Positions 53,607 to 63,667 are shown, numbered from the stretch's first letter. The stretch is 64,000 bases of DNA from Conexivisphaerales archaeon (GCA_049509455.1 JBEKZX010000003.1:1099-65098); one strand, 5' to 3'. Made by a program: numbers and translations. Notes: generated by a model from the sequence alone, not told the origin.

Positions 53607-54252
53607 GCCCAGCTTCAAGGATTTCTTCCCGTACGCGACGCTTGTCCAGAGTGCGCTGGCCAAGCTTTACGTACCTTCTGGAATCAAGGCGGATGACATA
53701 AAGGCCACCGCGGCGCTGGACGTGTCATACTCCAAGGATAGGGCATACACAGTGGCGGTCGTCTGGAGTCCCGAAGACGGAAAGGCCATGGAGGTGCAGA
53801 CGGGAGTCTACGGCGTCCACTTCCCCTACATCCCCGGATACCTCCACATGAGGGAGGCTCCTCCGTTGCTGCGAATCCTCTCGCAGGTTGAGTCCGCATA
53901 CGACCTCATATTGGTGGACGCACACGGCAGGCTTCACCCAAGGAGGGCCGGCCTTGCCACCATAGTAGGTGTGCTGACCGGGAAGCCCACCATTGGCGTA
54001 GCCAAGAGCCTCCTTACGGGGGAGATTAAGGGAGTGGGGAAGGTGAGGCCTATCCACCTGGGAGGAGAGGTAGAGGGCCTATACGTCTGCGAGGGAAGGG
54101 CATTCTACGCCAGCCCCGGGAACTTGATGTCCATTGAAGAAATCGAAAGATGGCTGCGAGCGAGAGGACTGAAATATCCCGATGAGCTCACCATGGCCGA
54201 CGCCCTGTCAAAGAAGCTCAGAGTGACTTCAGAATCTGCTGATCCTTCTTGA
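53590..54252 (+). CDS. nfi: Endonuclease V
   Basis: ALDVSY, YIPGYLHMREAP, LVDAHGRLHPRR and IGVAKS motifs. It overlaps the translin gene end by 17 nt. Confidence 0.88.
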   Translation: MPSKSRPSFKDFFPYATLVQSALAKLYVPSGIKADDIKATAALDVSYSKDRAYTVAVVWSPEDGKAMEVQTGVYGVHFPYIPGYLHMREAPPLLRILSQVESAYDLILVDAHGRLHPRRAGLATIVGVLTGKPTIGVAKSLLTGEIKGVGKVRPIHLGGEVEGLYVCEGRAFYASPGNLMSIEEIERWLRARGLKYPDELTMADALSKKLRVTSESADPS

Positions 54253-54859
54253 GGTTAGTGCTCTTCAGGCCGGGAAAAGGGCTGTCCAGGCGCGTGACCA
54301 AGAACTTCATGCCTTTCGCGCTTCCCCGGGAGAGGAAGGTCCCTTCATTATGAGCCTGATCGTAGCCTAGGGCGATGATGTCGGGCCTGATGAGCTCCAC
54401 CGTTTCGAAAATGTCCTTCTCGCTGCCGAGTATGGCTGCATCGACGAACCGCAGGCTCCTGACAAGGTTGAGGCGGATCTCTTCCGAGTTGACGGCGAGC
54501 TTCCCCCTCATCCGAAGGACGGTCTTGTCCCTCGCCACGGAGACGACCAACATGTCACCGAGAGCCCTGGCCTTGGACAGGGTGTAAATATGACCCGGAT
54601 GGATTATGTCGAAGACTCCGCCGGCCATGACGACCTTGAGGCTGCTGCGACCGTCCACAGTGAGCACAAAGCGGTCGTGATCGGCTATTAAAACCAAGCC
54701 GCTCCTGACGGCTTCCTCGAGGAGAGCCTCCCCCAGCTCCGGGTCCAGCCCGAGGTCGAGGAATAGATTCTGGCGTGACCAGCTGTACTCAAGGTTGAGA
54801 GAGAGAATGGCCGTGAGGACCTTCTTCTTCATGGCGTCGCTCTTGAACAACTCGGTCAT
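54218..54859 (-). CDS. Cytidylyltransferase-family protein (RibL-like FAD synthetase) with N-terminal wHTH-like domain
   Basis: AGGVFDIIHPGHIYTLSKA HxGH nucleotidyltransferase motif, preceded by about 70 extra N-terminal residues. Confidence 0.7.
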   Translation of the reverse strand: MTELFKSDAMKKKVLTAILSLNLEYSWSRQNLFLDLGLDPELGEALLEEAVRSGLVLIADHDRFVLTVDGRSSLKVVMAGGVFDIIHPGHIYTLSKARALGDMLVVSVARDKTVLRMRGKLAVNSEEIRLNLVRSLRFVDAAILGSEKDIFETVELIRPDIIALGYDQAHNEGTFLSRGSAKGMKFLVTRLDSPFPGLKSTNLKKDQQILKSL

Positions 54860-54894
54860 GACATGCAGCAGCTCCTAACAGCAGCTCGACCAGC

Positions 54895-55344
54895 CTAGCT
54901 CTGCACTAGCTGTCGAAGTTCCTTGTCGGCGAGTATGGACGGATGATGGGTGTCCAGGAGGACCGCCTCGAACCAGCGATAGCGGCCGTCCTCCATGAGG
55001 AAGTAAGAACCCAAAACCTTCATGTTGGGATACCTGTCTAGGACCCTGCCGGCCACTACGCCGGCCTCCGGGAGCTCGCCCTTAATTCTGAGGACGCCCA
55101 GATGCTTGGACCGCCTTCCGGCGACCGGTCTCTTGATCCTGATACCCCCTCTGGATATCCTGACTCTGACGACGACGAAGCCCTGCTTGGCCTTGTACCC
55201 AATCTTCCGAGCTCGGTCGAGGCGCGTAGGATGGGCTAGACGCACAACGCGAGGACCCCTCCTCCACGAAACCAGTCTGCCCTTGACGTTGGGGTTCTTC
55301 TCTTTGAGTGCAGTCTGCCAAGAATCTGCTACGTATTTGTACAT
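54895..55344 (-). CDS. rpl15e: 50S ribosomal protein L15e (eL15)
   Basis: MYKYVADSWQ...W.RGP.VVRL..PTR.DRAR..GYKAKQGFVVVRVR signature. Confidence 0.92.
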   Translation of the reverse strand: MYKYVADSWQTALKEKNPNVKGRLVSWRRGPRVVRLAHPTRLDRARKIGYKAKQGFVVVRVRISRGGIRIKRPVAGRRSKHLGVLRIKGELPEAGVVAGRVLDRYPNMKVLGSYFLMEDGRYRWFEAVLLDTHHPSILADKELRQLVQS

Positions 55345-55438
55345 CTACGCTTCAGCCAAGCCTCTCCTGTCCTTGATTTAAAACTTTTACCCCAACAAGA
55401 AGAGTGGAAAACGCTTCAAAGATGCGGGCTCCAGCGCG

Positions 55439-56398
55439 TCAGGCGGACTTGGACAGGTGGTCCACGATCTTTTGCGCGATGATGGTAGCCGCCGAGGCCT
55501 GGGCTTCAAGCGTCTGCCCACCGATGTGAGGGGTGAATACGATGTTGTCGAGGGAGAGGAGCTCCTTGTTTGTGGGTGGCTCCATAGCGAAGACATCCAG
55601 GGCAGCACCCCTGATCGAGCCGCTTTTCAGGGCGTTTACAAGGGCGTTTTCATCCAGAACTTCGCCCCTCGAGGTGTTGACAATAAAGGAGGTCTTCTTC
55701 ATTTTGGAAAGCCTGTCGGCGCCTATGAAGCCGCGCATCGAAGGCCCGCCGGGCAGGTGGAGCGATATGAAGTCGGAGGCGACGAGGAGCTCGTCGAGCC
55801 CGACCAGCTTTGCGCTTAGGGCATCGAGAACCGTCTCGTCCGGCGGCAGGATGTCATACGCGAGGACTTTGACGTTGAATGGTTTGAGTAACTCGGCAAG
55901 GCGCCGGCCAATGCGGCCGAAACCCACTATGCCCACCGTCTTCCCGGAGAGCTCCGTTCCCATAAGGGACTCCTTCACCCAGACGCCGTTCTTCAGATTA
56001 CAGTAGCCGGCCCCAACGCCGCGGGCGGCCGCTATCATAAGGCCGAGCGCCAGCTCGGCGACGGCGTTGGTGAGAGATTCGGGGGAGTTGTAGACGGCTA
56101 TCCCCCTCTGCTTGGCGGCGTCAACGTCGATGTTGTCGAGGCCAACGCCCGCACGACCAATCACCTTGAGCTTGGCCGCACGCTGGATGACGTCGGCCTT
56201 GACCTTGGTCCTGCTCCGCACGATGACCGCGTCGAACCCTTCTACCGCAGAAACCACCTCCTCCGGCGTAATCTTTGGACGGTAGTCCACCTCTAGCCCC
56301 GCGTCCCTGAGAATCTTCACGCCCCGCTCGTCGATATGGTCGCAGACGAGAACCTTGTATCCATTGGCCAACTTCCAGTCACCTTGGCTACATTGCAT
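55439..56398 (-). CDS. D-isomer-specific 2-hydroxyacid dehydrogenase (phosphoglycerate dehydrogenase-like, no ACT domain)
   Basis: GKTVGIVGFGRIGRRLA NAD motif, plus the catalytic-region R...E...H pattern (TSRGE..., FTPHIGG). Confidence 0.82.
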   Translation of the reverse strand: MQCSQGDWKLANGYKVLVCDHIDERGVKILRDAGLEVDYRPKITPEEVVSAVEGFDAVIVRSRTKVKADVIQRAAKLKVIGRAGVGLDNIDVDAAKQRGIAVYNSPESLTNAVAELALGLMIAAARGVGAGYCNLKNGVWVKESLMGTELSGKTVGIVGFGRIGRRLAELLKPFNVKVLAYDILPPDETVLDALSAKLVGLDELLVASDFISLHLPGGPSMRGFIGADRLSKMKKTSFIVNTSRGEVLDENALVNALKSGSIRGAALDVFAMEPPTNKELLSLDNIVFTPHIGGQTLEAQASAATIIAQKIVDHLSKSA

Positions 56399-56409
56399 TC
56401 ATCCTTCAT

Positions 56410-57777
56410 TTAAACGCTGACTCGTCTAGACACGAAGAGCCTGTTCAGACGCCTGGCCGCCACCACGGGGGAGGGCCAGAAGTTCTGCACAGGGGGAGAG
56501 AAGTTGGTCTCAAGGTAGGCTAAGGCCGTGATGTGGAGTCCCTGCGCGATTATCATGGTGACGAGGTTTCCCCAGCCTGCCGCCCCGGGTCCAAGGAACT
56601 GGGCTCCGACCAGGAGCCCCGACCGGGAGTCGACGATGAGCTTTGTCACGAGGTCTCCTCCGCCGGGGTAGTAGGGGGCGTAAGCGTAGGACGACCCTTC
56701 GGCGACGAGGGTGGGGATTCCGTGCTTCTTGGCTTCGGTCTCCGACAGGCCTGTCGAGGAGACTTCGACGCTGGCGAGACTGGAGGAAGTGTTGCCGAAG
56801 AGGTCGGGAAGCCTCTCTTGGCCTCCAGCCGCGTTGGCGCCGGCTACCTCTCCTGTCCTGAGGGCGACGGTAGCGAGCTGAATGGGTCGGCTCTCGGAGA
56901 CCAGCCTGTTCGCCAGCTCCACGCAGTCGCCTGCAGCGAATATGGAGGGGACGTTCGTCTGAGACCCTTCGCCCACCACTATACCGCAGTAGCGGCCCAC
57001 GGACACCCCCGCCGCTCGGGCCTCCTCCGTCCTGGGCCTTATCCCAGCCGAGGCCACTACGAGGTCTGCTTTGACGACCTCTCCCTCCACGACGACGGCC
57101 TCCGCCCTATCAAAGCCGACGATGCTGTCGACCTTCTTCCCCAGCATGAAAGTGACCCCTTTGGACACAAGCGCCTCTCGAACTCTGGCTGCCATGGTGT
57201 GATCGAAGACGGTGGGCAGGACTTCGGGCATCATCTCCACGACGGTGACGTGGTTGCCCCTGCCGTTCAGAGCGTCGGCGACCTCTAGCCCTATGAGGCC
57301 CGCCCCGATTATGACCGCACGGCCGTCTCGCTTGACAGTGCTGGAGATTGAAATGGCATCCTCGAGCGTCCTCAGCTTCATCACGCCTGCCTTGCCGAAG
57401 CCGGGTATAGGGAGGTCCACGGGTTGGGCCCCTGTGGCTAGGACGAGCGAATCATAGCCCAGAACCTCGAGGCCGTCGAGACGCCTGATGATGACCGTCC
57501 TGTCGACAGGATTGATCTTCTCAAGGGAGGCCTCCAGTAGAAGGTTGGCCTTCAGAGAGCCCTCGTAGTAGGCTTTCTTATTGAGGAAGAGGTTGGAGGG
57601 AGGCTGGACGTGGCCGGAGATGACATAGGGGAGGCCGCATCGGGAGTATTCGTGGTGGCCGGTCCTTTCGACGATGGTGATCGAAGCGCTCCTGTCCTGC
57701 TTGCGGGCGGCCTCCGCGGCCGTTGTGCCCGCGAGCCCACAACCTACAATAACTACTTGTCTGTTTACCACGATCAA
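56410..57777 (-). CDS. CoA-disulfide reductase/NADH oxidase-family flavoprotein
   Basis: VVIVGCGLAGT FAD motif and single redox Cys in YSRCGLPY. 455 aa with no rhodanese extension. Confidence 0.8.
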   Translation of the reverse strand: MIVVNRQVVIVGCGLAGTTAAEAARKQDRSASITIVERTGHHEYSRCGLPYVISGHVQPPSNLFLNKKAYYEGSLKANLLLEASLEKINPVDRTVIIRRLDGLEVLGYDSLVLATGAQPVDLPIPGFGKAGVMKLRTLEDAISISSTVKRDGRAVIIGAGLIGLEVADALNGRGNHVTVVEMMPEVLPTVFDHTMAARVREALVSKGVTFMLGKKVDSIVGFDRAEAVVVEGEVVKADLVVASAGIRPRTEEARAAGVSVGRYCGIVVGEGSQTNVPSIFAAGDCVELANRLVSESRPIQLATVALRTGEVAGANAAGGQERLPDLFGNTSSSLASVEVSSTGLSETEAKKHGIPTLVAEGSSYAYAPYYPGGGDLVTKLIVDSRSGLLVGAQFLGPGAAGWGNLVTMIIAQGLHITALAYLETNFSPPVQNFWPSPVVAARRLNRLFVSRRVSV

Positions 57778-57805
57778 TAACGGTGGGAGGGTTCATTATA
57801 AATTG

Positions 57806-59002
57806 ATGGTGGGTCTAATTGGCAAGCCTAATACTGGGAAGTCGAGCTTCTTCAATGCCGCCACTCTCCTCGACGCGCCTGTCGCCAACTATCCCTTCAC
57901 CACGATTGAGCCCAACGTCGGCGTGGCATACATCACCAAGGAATGCGTTTGCAGGGAGCTGGGCGTGCAGGATACCCCTAAGAACAGCGCCTGCGTTGAC
58001 GGCATCAGGAGGATCCCGGTCAAGCTTGTGGATGTGGCCGGGCTCATCCCGGGCGCGTCAAAGGGGCTGGGGCTGGGCAACAAGTTCCTCGATGACTTGA
58101 GGAGGGCCGATGCGCTAATTCATGTGGTGGATGCCTCCGGTGGAACGGACATGGAAGGGAAGGTCGTTACGGCCGGCACACAGGACCCCCTGGAGGACGT
58201 GGCCTTCGTGGAGAAGGAATACGACATCTGGCTGACCAACATCCTCGTCAAGGACTGGGCCAAGATGACAAGGCACATCGAGCCGGCGAAGGCCAAGGAG
58301 GCTGTCGCCGAGAAGCTGACGGGTCTGGGCGTGTCCGTCAACGATATGCTGGACGCTGTTCGCAAGGCCCAATTGGAAGCGAAGAAGTTTTCCGACTGGA
58401 GCGACGAAGAGATAGCGAGGTTCGCCTCCGAGCTCCGCAAGGCGAACAAGCCCATACTCATTGCGGCCAACAAGGCCGACATGCCGACGTCGGCGGCCAA
58501 CGTCGGGAGGCTGCGAGATTCGGGCAGGATGGTCATACCGACCTCGGCGGCGGCAGAGCTGCTGTTGAGGAGGGCGGCGGAGAAGGGGCTCGTCGCTTAT
58601 ACGCCCGGTGACGGCTCCTTCGCGGTGAAGGAAGGATCAGCTCTCAGCCCGGAGCAGGCCAGGGCCCTTGAGTTCGTGGACCAGAAGGTTTTGAAGGTAT
58701 ACGGAGGCACCGGCGTGCAGAGGGCCCTCAACGAAGCCTACTACGGCCTCCTGAACGGCATCGTCGTCTACCCAGTCGAAGACGAGAACAGGTTCTCTGA
58801 CAAGAACGGGAACGTGCTCCCCGATGCCTTCGTCTTACCGAAGGGTTCGACGGCTAAAGACCTTGCGGCGAAGATTCACAGCGACTTGGCTGAAAGCTTC
58901 CTCTACGCGGTGGACGCCAAGCGGAGGACCAGGCTCGGAGCAGAGCACCAGCTGAACGACGGAGACGTAATCAAGATAGTGGCAGCTTCTAGGCGGGCGT
59001 AG
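57806..59002 (+). CDS. YchF/OLA1-type P-loop NTPase with C-terminal TGS domain
   Basis: MVGLIGKPNTGKSSFFNA P-loop, NYPFTTIEPNVG and DVAGL. The start is set at the internal ATG, since the listed N-terminus is antisense to the nox-like gene. Confidence 0.82.
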   Translation: MVGLIGKPNTGKSSFFNAATLLDAPVANYPFTTIEPNVGVAYITKECVCRELGVQDTPKNSACVDGIRRIPVKLVDVAGLIPGASKGLGLGNKFLDDLRRADALIHVVDASGGTDMEGKVVTAGTQDPLEDVAFVEKEYDIWLTNILVKDWAKMTRHIEPAKAKEAVAEKLTGLGVSVNDMLDAVRKAQLEAKKFSDWSDEEIARFASELRKANKPILIAANKADMPTSAANVGRLRDSGRMVIPTSAAAELLLRRAAEKGLVAYTPGDGSFAVKEGSALSPEQARALEFVDQKVLKVYGGTGVQRALNEAYYGLLNGIVVYPVEDENRFSDKNGNVLPDAFVLPKGSTAKDLAAKIHSDLAESFLYAVDAKRRTRLGAEHQLNDGDVIKIVAASRRA

Positions 59003-59624
59003 GTTCAGTTGCCGGCTCCGCTGGAGGAGTGGGTTGCTCCTTGGGGGCCTGGAGCAGCTTGGTCTTGCGGATGCCTAGGTGACGCAGCATGTTGATCTTC
59101 TTGGCCTCGGCGAATATCTCAGAGGCAGTCTTGTTGAGGACGATCTCCTGGACCAGCTGTTCGTAGTCTAGGGCGGCCGCTCTCTCCCGGAGTATCTTGT
59201 CGGCGGCTTCGCGGACCTTGTGTTTCCTGGAGCTGTTGATCCTACCCTGAACGAAAGCTATCATGTAGATGCGAAGGAGGTAGCCGTCCCTTGAAGAGAA
59301 GTCCTTGATTAGACTCACCATGGAGGAACCTCTCCTGACCAGGCTCCTCATGTATTCGCGGGAATACTCGTGCCCTCTGAACGTCGTGAAAGCCTTCTCT
59401 CCCTCGACCTTGGTGATGACGAAGGAGACCTTTATGGAATAATGTGAGGGGTCTTGCTTGAGCAGGTCATACAGCGTGGTCTGGATAACCCTGCCGATGG
59501 CCTTGTTGGCGTCGGTGGCTGGTATCCTGGCGATCTGCACGCCCCCGAAACTGGTGGGGGCGATGACCTCCAGCCATGTCTTTTCACGCCATTTGTCCTT
59601 GACTTTCGTAGTCTTCCTCGGCAT
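58989..59624 (-). CDS. rps3ae: 30S ribosomal protein S3Ae (eS1)
   Basis: KVKDKWREKTWLEVIAP... signature start. Confidence 0.93.
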   Translation of the reverse strand: MPRKTTKVKDKWREKTWLEVIAPTSFGGVQIARIPATDANKAIGRVIQTTLYDLLKQDPSHYSIKVSFVITKVEGEKAFTTFRGHEYSREYMRSLVRRGSSMVSLIKDFSSRDGYLLRIYMIAFVQGRINSSRKHKVREAADKILRERAAALDYEQLVQEIVLNKTASEIFAEAKKINMLRHLGIRKTKLLQAPKEQPTPPAEPATEPTPA

Positions 59625-59668
59625 GCCGCTACGCCATTAGCCCTTCGCTATCGAAGATTTAAACCGTT

Positions 59669-60949
59669 CTACGCTGTGAGAGAGCGGATGTTCTCCTTCC
59701 CGCCAATGAAGCTCTGAAGCGATTTGGGCACGTCGAAAGAGCCGTCCGCACGCTGGTTGTTCTCCATAATGGCTATCAGGGCCCTGCCGGTGGCCACCAG
59801 GGTGGAGTTGAGGGTGTGCACGAGGCGCGGCTCGTCGCCCATTTTGTCCCTGAACCTGATGGAGAGGCGCCTGGCCTGCCAGTCGGTGCAGTTGGAGCAG
59901 GAGACGGCCTCGCGGTACATGCCCTGACCGGGAAGCCAGACTTCAAGGTCGTACTTCTTGGCCGCCGGCGCGCCCAAGTCCCCCGAGCAGATGTTGACCA
60001 CCCTGTAGGGAAGGCCTAGCTGCTGGAAGAACTCCTCGGCCGTCGATATGAGCCTCTCGTGCTCCTGCCAGGAGTCTTCGGGCCTTGTGAAGACGAACTG
60101 CTCGACCTTCTCGAATTCGTGGACCCGGAAGATACCCTTGGTGTCGCGGCCGTGGGCACCTGCCTCCTTCCTGAAGCAAGGAGAGACACCAAGATATCTG
60201 ATGGGGAGGCGATCCCCTCTCAGAATCTCGTCGGCGTGATATGCCAACAGGGCATGCTCGGAGGTGGTCAGTAGGTAGAGGTCCTCTCCGTCCAGCTTGT
60301 AGATGGAATCCTCGAAGGAGGTCAGGTCGACGGCCCCCTCCATTATCTCCCTCCTGAGCATGAAGGGCGGCTGCACAAGGGTGTAGCCTTTCTTCTGCCC
60401 GAATTCGAGAGCGAATTGAAGGAGGGCGAAGTTGAGACGGACCAAGTCCCCCAAGAGGTAGTAGAAGCGCGCTCCGGCCACCTTCGCGCCCCTTTCCGTG
60501 TCGATGATGCCCAAGGAGGATCCCAGGTCGATGTGGTCCTTGACGGGGAACTCCATCGGAAAGGGTTTCCCCCAGCGCCTCACCTCGAGGCTGTTCTCGT
60601 CGCCTATGCAATCAGGGACGCCTTCGTGGACCACGTTGGGGAGACCCAGCTGCAGATGATGAAGGGCCTCCTCGGTCTTGTTGAGCTCTTGGCTCCCGGA
60701 GGAGATCCTAGCGGAGACGTCCTTCATCTCTGTAATGATTTTCGAGGCGTCATGCTTCTTGGCTTTCATCGAGGCCACCTGTTCGGAGCACACGTTCCTG
60801 CGGTGGCGAAGGTCCTGGAGCTCTGCGATGAGCTTGCGGCGCTTTACATCGAGCTCCAAGAGCTCGTCCAGAGGGAACTCGACCCTTCTCTTGTTGAGGT
60901 AGGAACGGACCAGGTCAGGGTTCTCCCTGACGAACTTCATGTCTAGCAT
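59669..60949 (-). CDS. serS: Seryl-tRNA synthetase
   Basis: MLDMKFVRENPD..., class II motifs (FRKEAG..G.DT.G..RVHEF.K.E) and ~426-aa length. Confidence 0.95.
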   Translation of the reverse strand: MLDMKFVRENPDLVRSYLNKRRVEFPLDELLELDVKRRKLIAELQDLRHRRNVCSEQVASMKAKKHDASKIITEMKDVSARISSGSQELNKTEEALHHLQLGLPNVVHEGVPDCIGDENSLEVRRWGKPFPMEFPVKDHIDLGSSLGIIDTERGAKVAGARFYYLLGDLVRLNFALLQFALEFGQKKGYTLVQPPFMLRREIMEGAVDLTSFEDSIYKLDGEDLYLLTTSEHALLAYHADEILRGDRLPIRYLGVSPCFRKEAGAHGRDTKGIFRVHEFEKVEQFVFTRPEDSWQEHERLISTAEEFFQQLGLPYRVVNICSGDLGAPAAKKYDLEVWLPGQGMYREAVSCSNCTDWQARRLSIRFRDKMGDEPRLVHTLNSTLVATGRALIAIMENNQRADGSFDVPKSLQSFIGGKENIRSLTA

Positions 60950-61206
60950 TCAGTCGGCTTCCCCTCTGCGGAGCGAATCCCAAGAAGCGACACTCCACAT
61001 GCTTCAAACACATCATCCACCGTGGAAATAAGCGTATCTGTGACGGTCGAAGAGATGAAAACGAACTCCACCGAGTCCCCGCGGCGCCTCATCATCAGGG
61101 AGAGGCTGGACGGGAACTCCACGTTGTCTGGCTCCAGGCTGGAGTAGAGCGCTTCTGCCATAGAGGCGCTTCCCGTAGAGATCCTGACCTTGACGGACGT
61201 CCTCAA
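60943..61206 (-). CDS. pcc1: Pcc1-like KEOPS subunit
   Basis: 87 aa with beta-alpha-beta-beta-alpha pattern (VKVRIS..SASMAEALYSSLEPD...VEFVFISS...LISTVDDVF) resembling Pcc1/CTAG. It overlaps both neighbours by a few nt. Confidence 0.5.
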   Translation of the reverse strand: MRTSVKVRISTGSASMAEALYSSLEPDNVEFPSSLSLMMRRRGDSVEFVFISSTVTDTLISTVDDVFEACGVSLLGIRSAEGKPTEC

Positions 61207-62597
61207 GCGATGCCACTCTTGAGCTTCTCGTAGAACAACCCGGCCTTAACCGCGGGCACGCGGGCTCCTGCCGCAGAATCGTGGCCGCCACCGTTGCCTC
61301 CCGCCATGGCCGCCGAGCGAAGCATGACACTCCCCAAGTTCATCGTCGGGAAGGAGCCGCGTCCCTTTCTGACGGAGAATTTGATTTCACCGGACTTGGT
61401 GATGGTCCTGAGGACAATGAGCTTCCCCCTCAGCTGTGGCATGTTGGAGAGGGCGTTCGAAAGTGCCCCCGTCATGTTCTCCTGGACGATGCCGTCGCCC
61501 ACGAGCTGCACAAGGGGGCCGTCCTGGATTACGCGCTCCTCATCGGAGAGAAGGACGTGCAGATACCGGACGATGGCGTTGCGGAACTCCATCAACGTCT
61601 TCTCGGCATCAGTGAGCGCCGCACCGCGGTCACCCATGCAGAGTGCGATGCCCAGACCCGCCTTGCTCATCCGGCCGGTGGCGTCCAAAAGGGAGGCGAA
61701 GTCGCGGGCGTCCTTCAGGTAGGTGCGCTCGTCCTCCTTCTTCAAAAGGTAGACGGTCCCCTCGATGCCAGCGGCCTCGTCGCCCGAGACTTCAAGATAA
61801 GGAGTTAGCGTAAGGATAAGTTTCTCCTTCTCGTCGGGGGAGAGTTCCGAAGCGACCCTCCAGCGGGACGCCTCTTTCAGCTCGAAGCCCGCCGACTGCA
61901 GCGCCGCAAGGCAGGCGTCCTTGCTGCCCGAAAGCCCTTGGATGTACGGGTCGAAGGTCATGGCCACGGACTCGTGAATGGGCCGCACGCCCCTGCCGAA
62001 CAAGAGAAGGTCTTCCACCACCTCCAGTCGGTCCGTTGCGACCGCCTCGGAAACCAGCTGGTCGTTCAGACCCAAGAGAGACCGCCTGGTACCCTGGTCC
62101 TGCCTGTCCCCCAACGCACCCACTACTCCGAGCCAAGCCATCGAGCGGGCGCCGCTCGCCATGTTGGAGGCCAGGTAGTAACTCACTCCAGCCCCGGACA
62201 GCTCGCGGGCGCCGTCGAACCCGTAGGAGTTGACGTTGAAGACTTTGGGGTTGTCCTTTTCTTCGTCGGTGAGCTGATGGTGGTCGACGAGGAGGTACTT
62301 GTCATTTAGGTGCTCCTCTATGAGCCTGACATGGCCGCTGCCTACCTCGCAGAATACGTAGAAGTCGAAGCTCTCCTTTGAAATCTCCTCAAGGAGGCGC
62401 GGGTTCACGTCGCCTATGGCCCGGGCCGTGAATACCCCGTCAACTTGCGCGAACGCCCTTGCCAGGACGCCCATGGAGGCTATGCCGTCGGCGTCGATAT
62501 GGCCCAGCATGAGGATGCTGGCCTTCTGCTTCGCTAGCTCCTTAAGGTTAAGACCCTTCTCCGACGCCGCTCGACGCAACGCTTCGACATCAGGCAT
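61203..62597 (-). CDS. DHH/DHHA1 phosphoesterase, archaeal RecJ/GAN(Cdc45)-like
   Basis: GHIDADGIAS (DHH motif I), LLVDHHQ (motif III), and the C-terminal GGGHDSAAG of DHHA1. Confidence 0.8.
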   Translation of the reverse strand: MPDVEALRRAASEKGLNLKELAKQKASILMLGHIDADGIASMGVLARAFAQVDGVFTARAIGDVNPRLLEEISKESFDFYVFCEVGSGHVRLIEEHLNDKYLLVDHHQLTDEEKDNPKVFNVNSYGFDGARELSGAGVSYYLASNMASGARSMAWLGVVGALGDRQDQGTRRSLLGLNDQLVSEAVATDRLEVVEDLLLFGRGVRPIHESVAMTFDPYIQGLSGSKDACLAALQSAGFELKEASRWRVASELSPDEKEKLILTLTPYLEVSGDEAAGIEGTVYLLKKEDERTYLKDARDFASLLDATGRMSKAGLGIALCMGDRGAALTDAEKTLMEFRNAIVRYLHVLLSDEERVIQDGPLVQLVGDGIVQENMTGALSNALSNMPQLRGKLIVLRTITKSGEIKFSVRKGRGSFPTMNLGSVMLRSAAMAGGNGGGHDSAAGARVPAVKAGLFYEKLKSGIA

Positions 62598-62607
62598 GGA
62601 GACGGCA

Positions 62608-63057
62608 TCACGCTAGCTGTGCCACTTGAGCGCTGTACTTCCAGTCCTTGGCCAGTGCGTCTGTCCTCTTGTAGTATAAGGACAGGCGGTGGATGGAGGC
62701 TTCCAGGAGTTCGAGCGAATGGATGTTCTTCTTGTCGGTCTTGTGCGTCTTCAGGTGAGCTTGGAGACGCCTGGCCTTGGTCATGAGGTTCGCCAAGTCC
62801 TCGGGGATTGGGGGGGCCAGTCCGGCCTTCTCGAGGACTTCGGTGACCGTCTTGCCAATGAGCTTCTTGGAAAGCGGAATGCCATACTCGTCCCTAAGCT
62901 TCACGCCGATGACGCTGGGAGAATGACCCTCCTTCGCGAGCTTGACTATGATCGACTCGACGGACTCGGCGTTATAGTTAATCCACTGCGTGGATATTAT
63001 CGAAGGCGGCCTGCTCGAATGGGACTTCCCATGACGATGACTGTGTCTCCTGGCCAT
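62608..63057 (-). CDS. rps15: 30S ribosomal protein S15 (uS15/S13e)
   Basis: MARRHSHRHGKSHSSRP start typical of archaeal S15. The listed ORF begins 12 codons upstream. Confidence 0.92.
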   Translation of the reverse strand: MARRHSHRHGKSHSSRPPSIISTQWINYNAESVESIIVKLAKEGHSPSVIGVKLRDEYGIPLSKKLIGKTVTEVLEKAGLAPPIPEDLANLMTKARRLQAHLKTHKTDKKNIHSLELLEASIHRLSLYYKRTDALAKDWKYSAQVAQLA

Positions 63058-63115
63058 ATCCTTCAAACCTCCCTTGACTCCAGCATATAACAATTCCTCT
63101 TAAGCGAGGGACGAG

Positions 63116-63667
63116 TCAGCGCGTGACCCAGGCTCCCAGCCTCCTGAAGGCGCGGGCGCGATGAGAGACCTTGCTCTTCTCCTGAAGGGTCATCTGGGAG
63201 AAGGTCTTGTCGAACCCCTGGGGAACGAAGATAGGGTCAAACCCGAACCCCCCTGTGCCAGCCGGCTCCTCCGAAATCGTACCATGTACACTCCCTGTGA
63301 AGATCCAGACGCGGTCGGGCGGGAGGCCGTAGGCGACGGCGGCCTCAAAGTAGGCCGACCGATCTCCCTCCCCTGCTAGAAGCTTCAGAATCCCCCGGTT
63401 TCCGATGGTCTTGAAGGCGTGAGAGGCCAGGGCTCCGGGGAAGTCGTTAAGCGCCTTTACGAACAGCCCCGTGTCCTCGACGACCAGAGGCTTACCGAAT
63501 GACGGGAGGATGGATTCGAGAGAAGCCTTCGCCACCGTCGCAGGCTCCAGGCTCTGCAATTCGTCGCCCTTGACATCCCGGCCCACCAAGACGACCCCGA
63601 ACTCCTTCAGGACGAAGTTCGCCTCGGCGACCTTGTGGCCATTAGAGGTGGCCATGACTATCTCCAT
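63116..63667 (-). CDS. Non-canonical purine NTP pyrophosphatase (HAM1/RdgB family)
   Basis: TSNGHKVAE, EDTGLFV.ALN.FPG and GFGFDPIFVP motifs. Confidence 0.88.
   Translation of the reverse strand: MEIVMATSNGHKVAEANFVLKEFGVVLVGRDVKGDELQSLEPATVAKASLESILPSFGKPLVVEDTGLFVKALNDFPGALASHAFKTIGNRGILKLLAGEGDRSAYFEAAVAYGLPPDRVWIFTGSVHGTISEEPAGTGGFGFDPIFVPQGFDKTFSQMTLQEKSKVSHRARAFRRLGAWVTR

Noticed and set aside
57674-57805. 44-codon N-terminal extension of the YchF-like ORF.
   Set aside because: It overlaps the 5' end of the divergent nox-like gene, and the P-loop begins 6 residues after the internal ATG, as in the YchF family.
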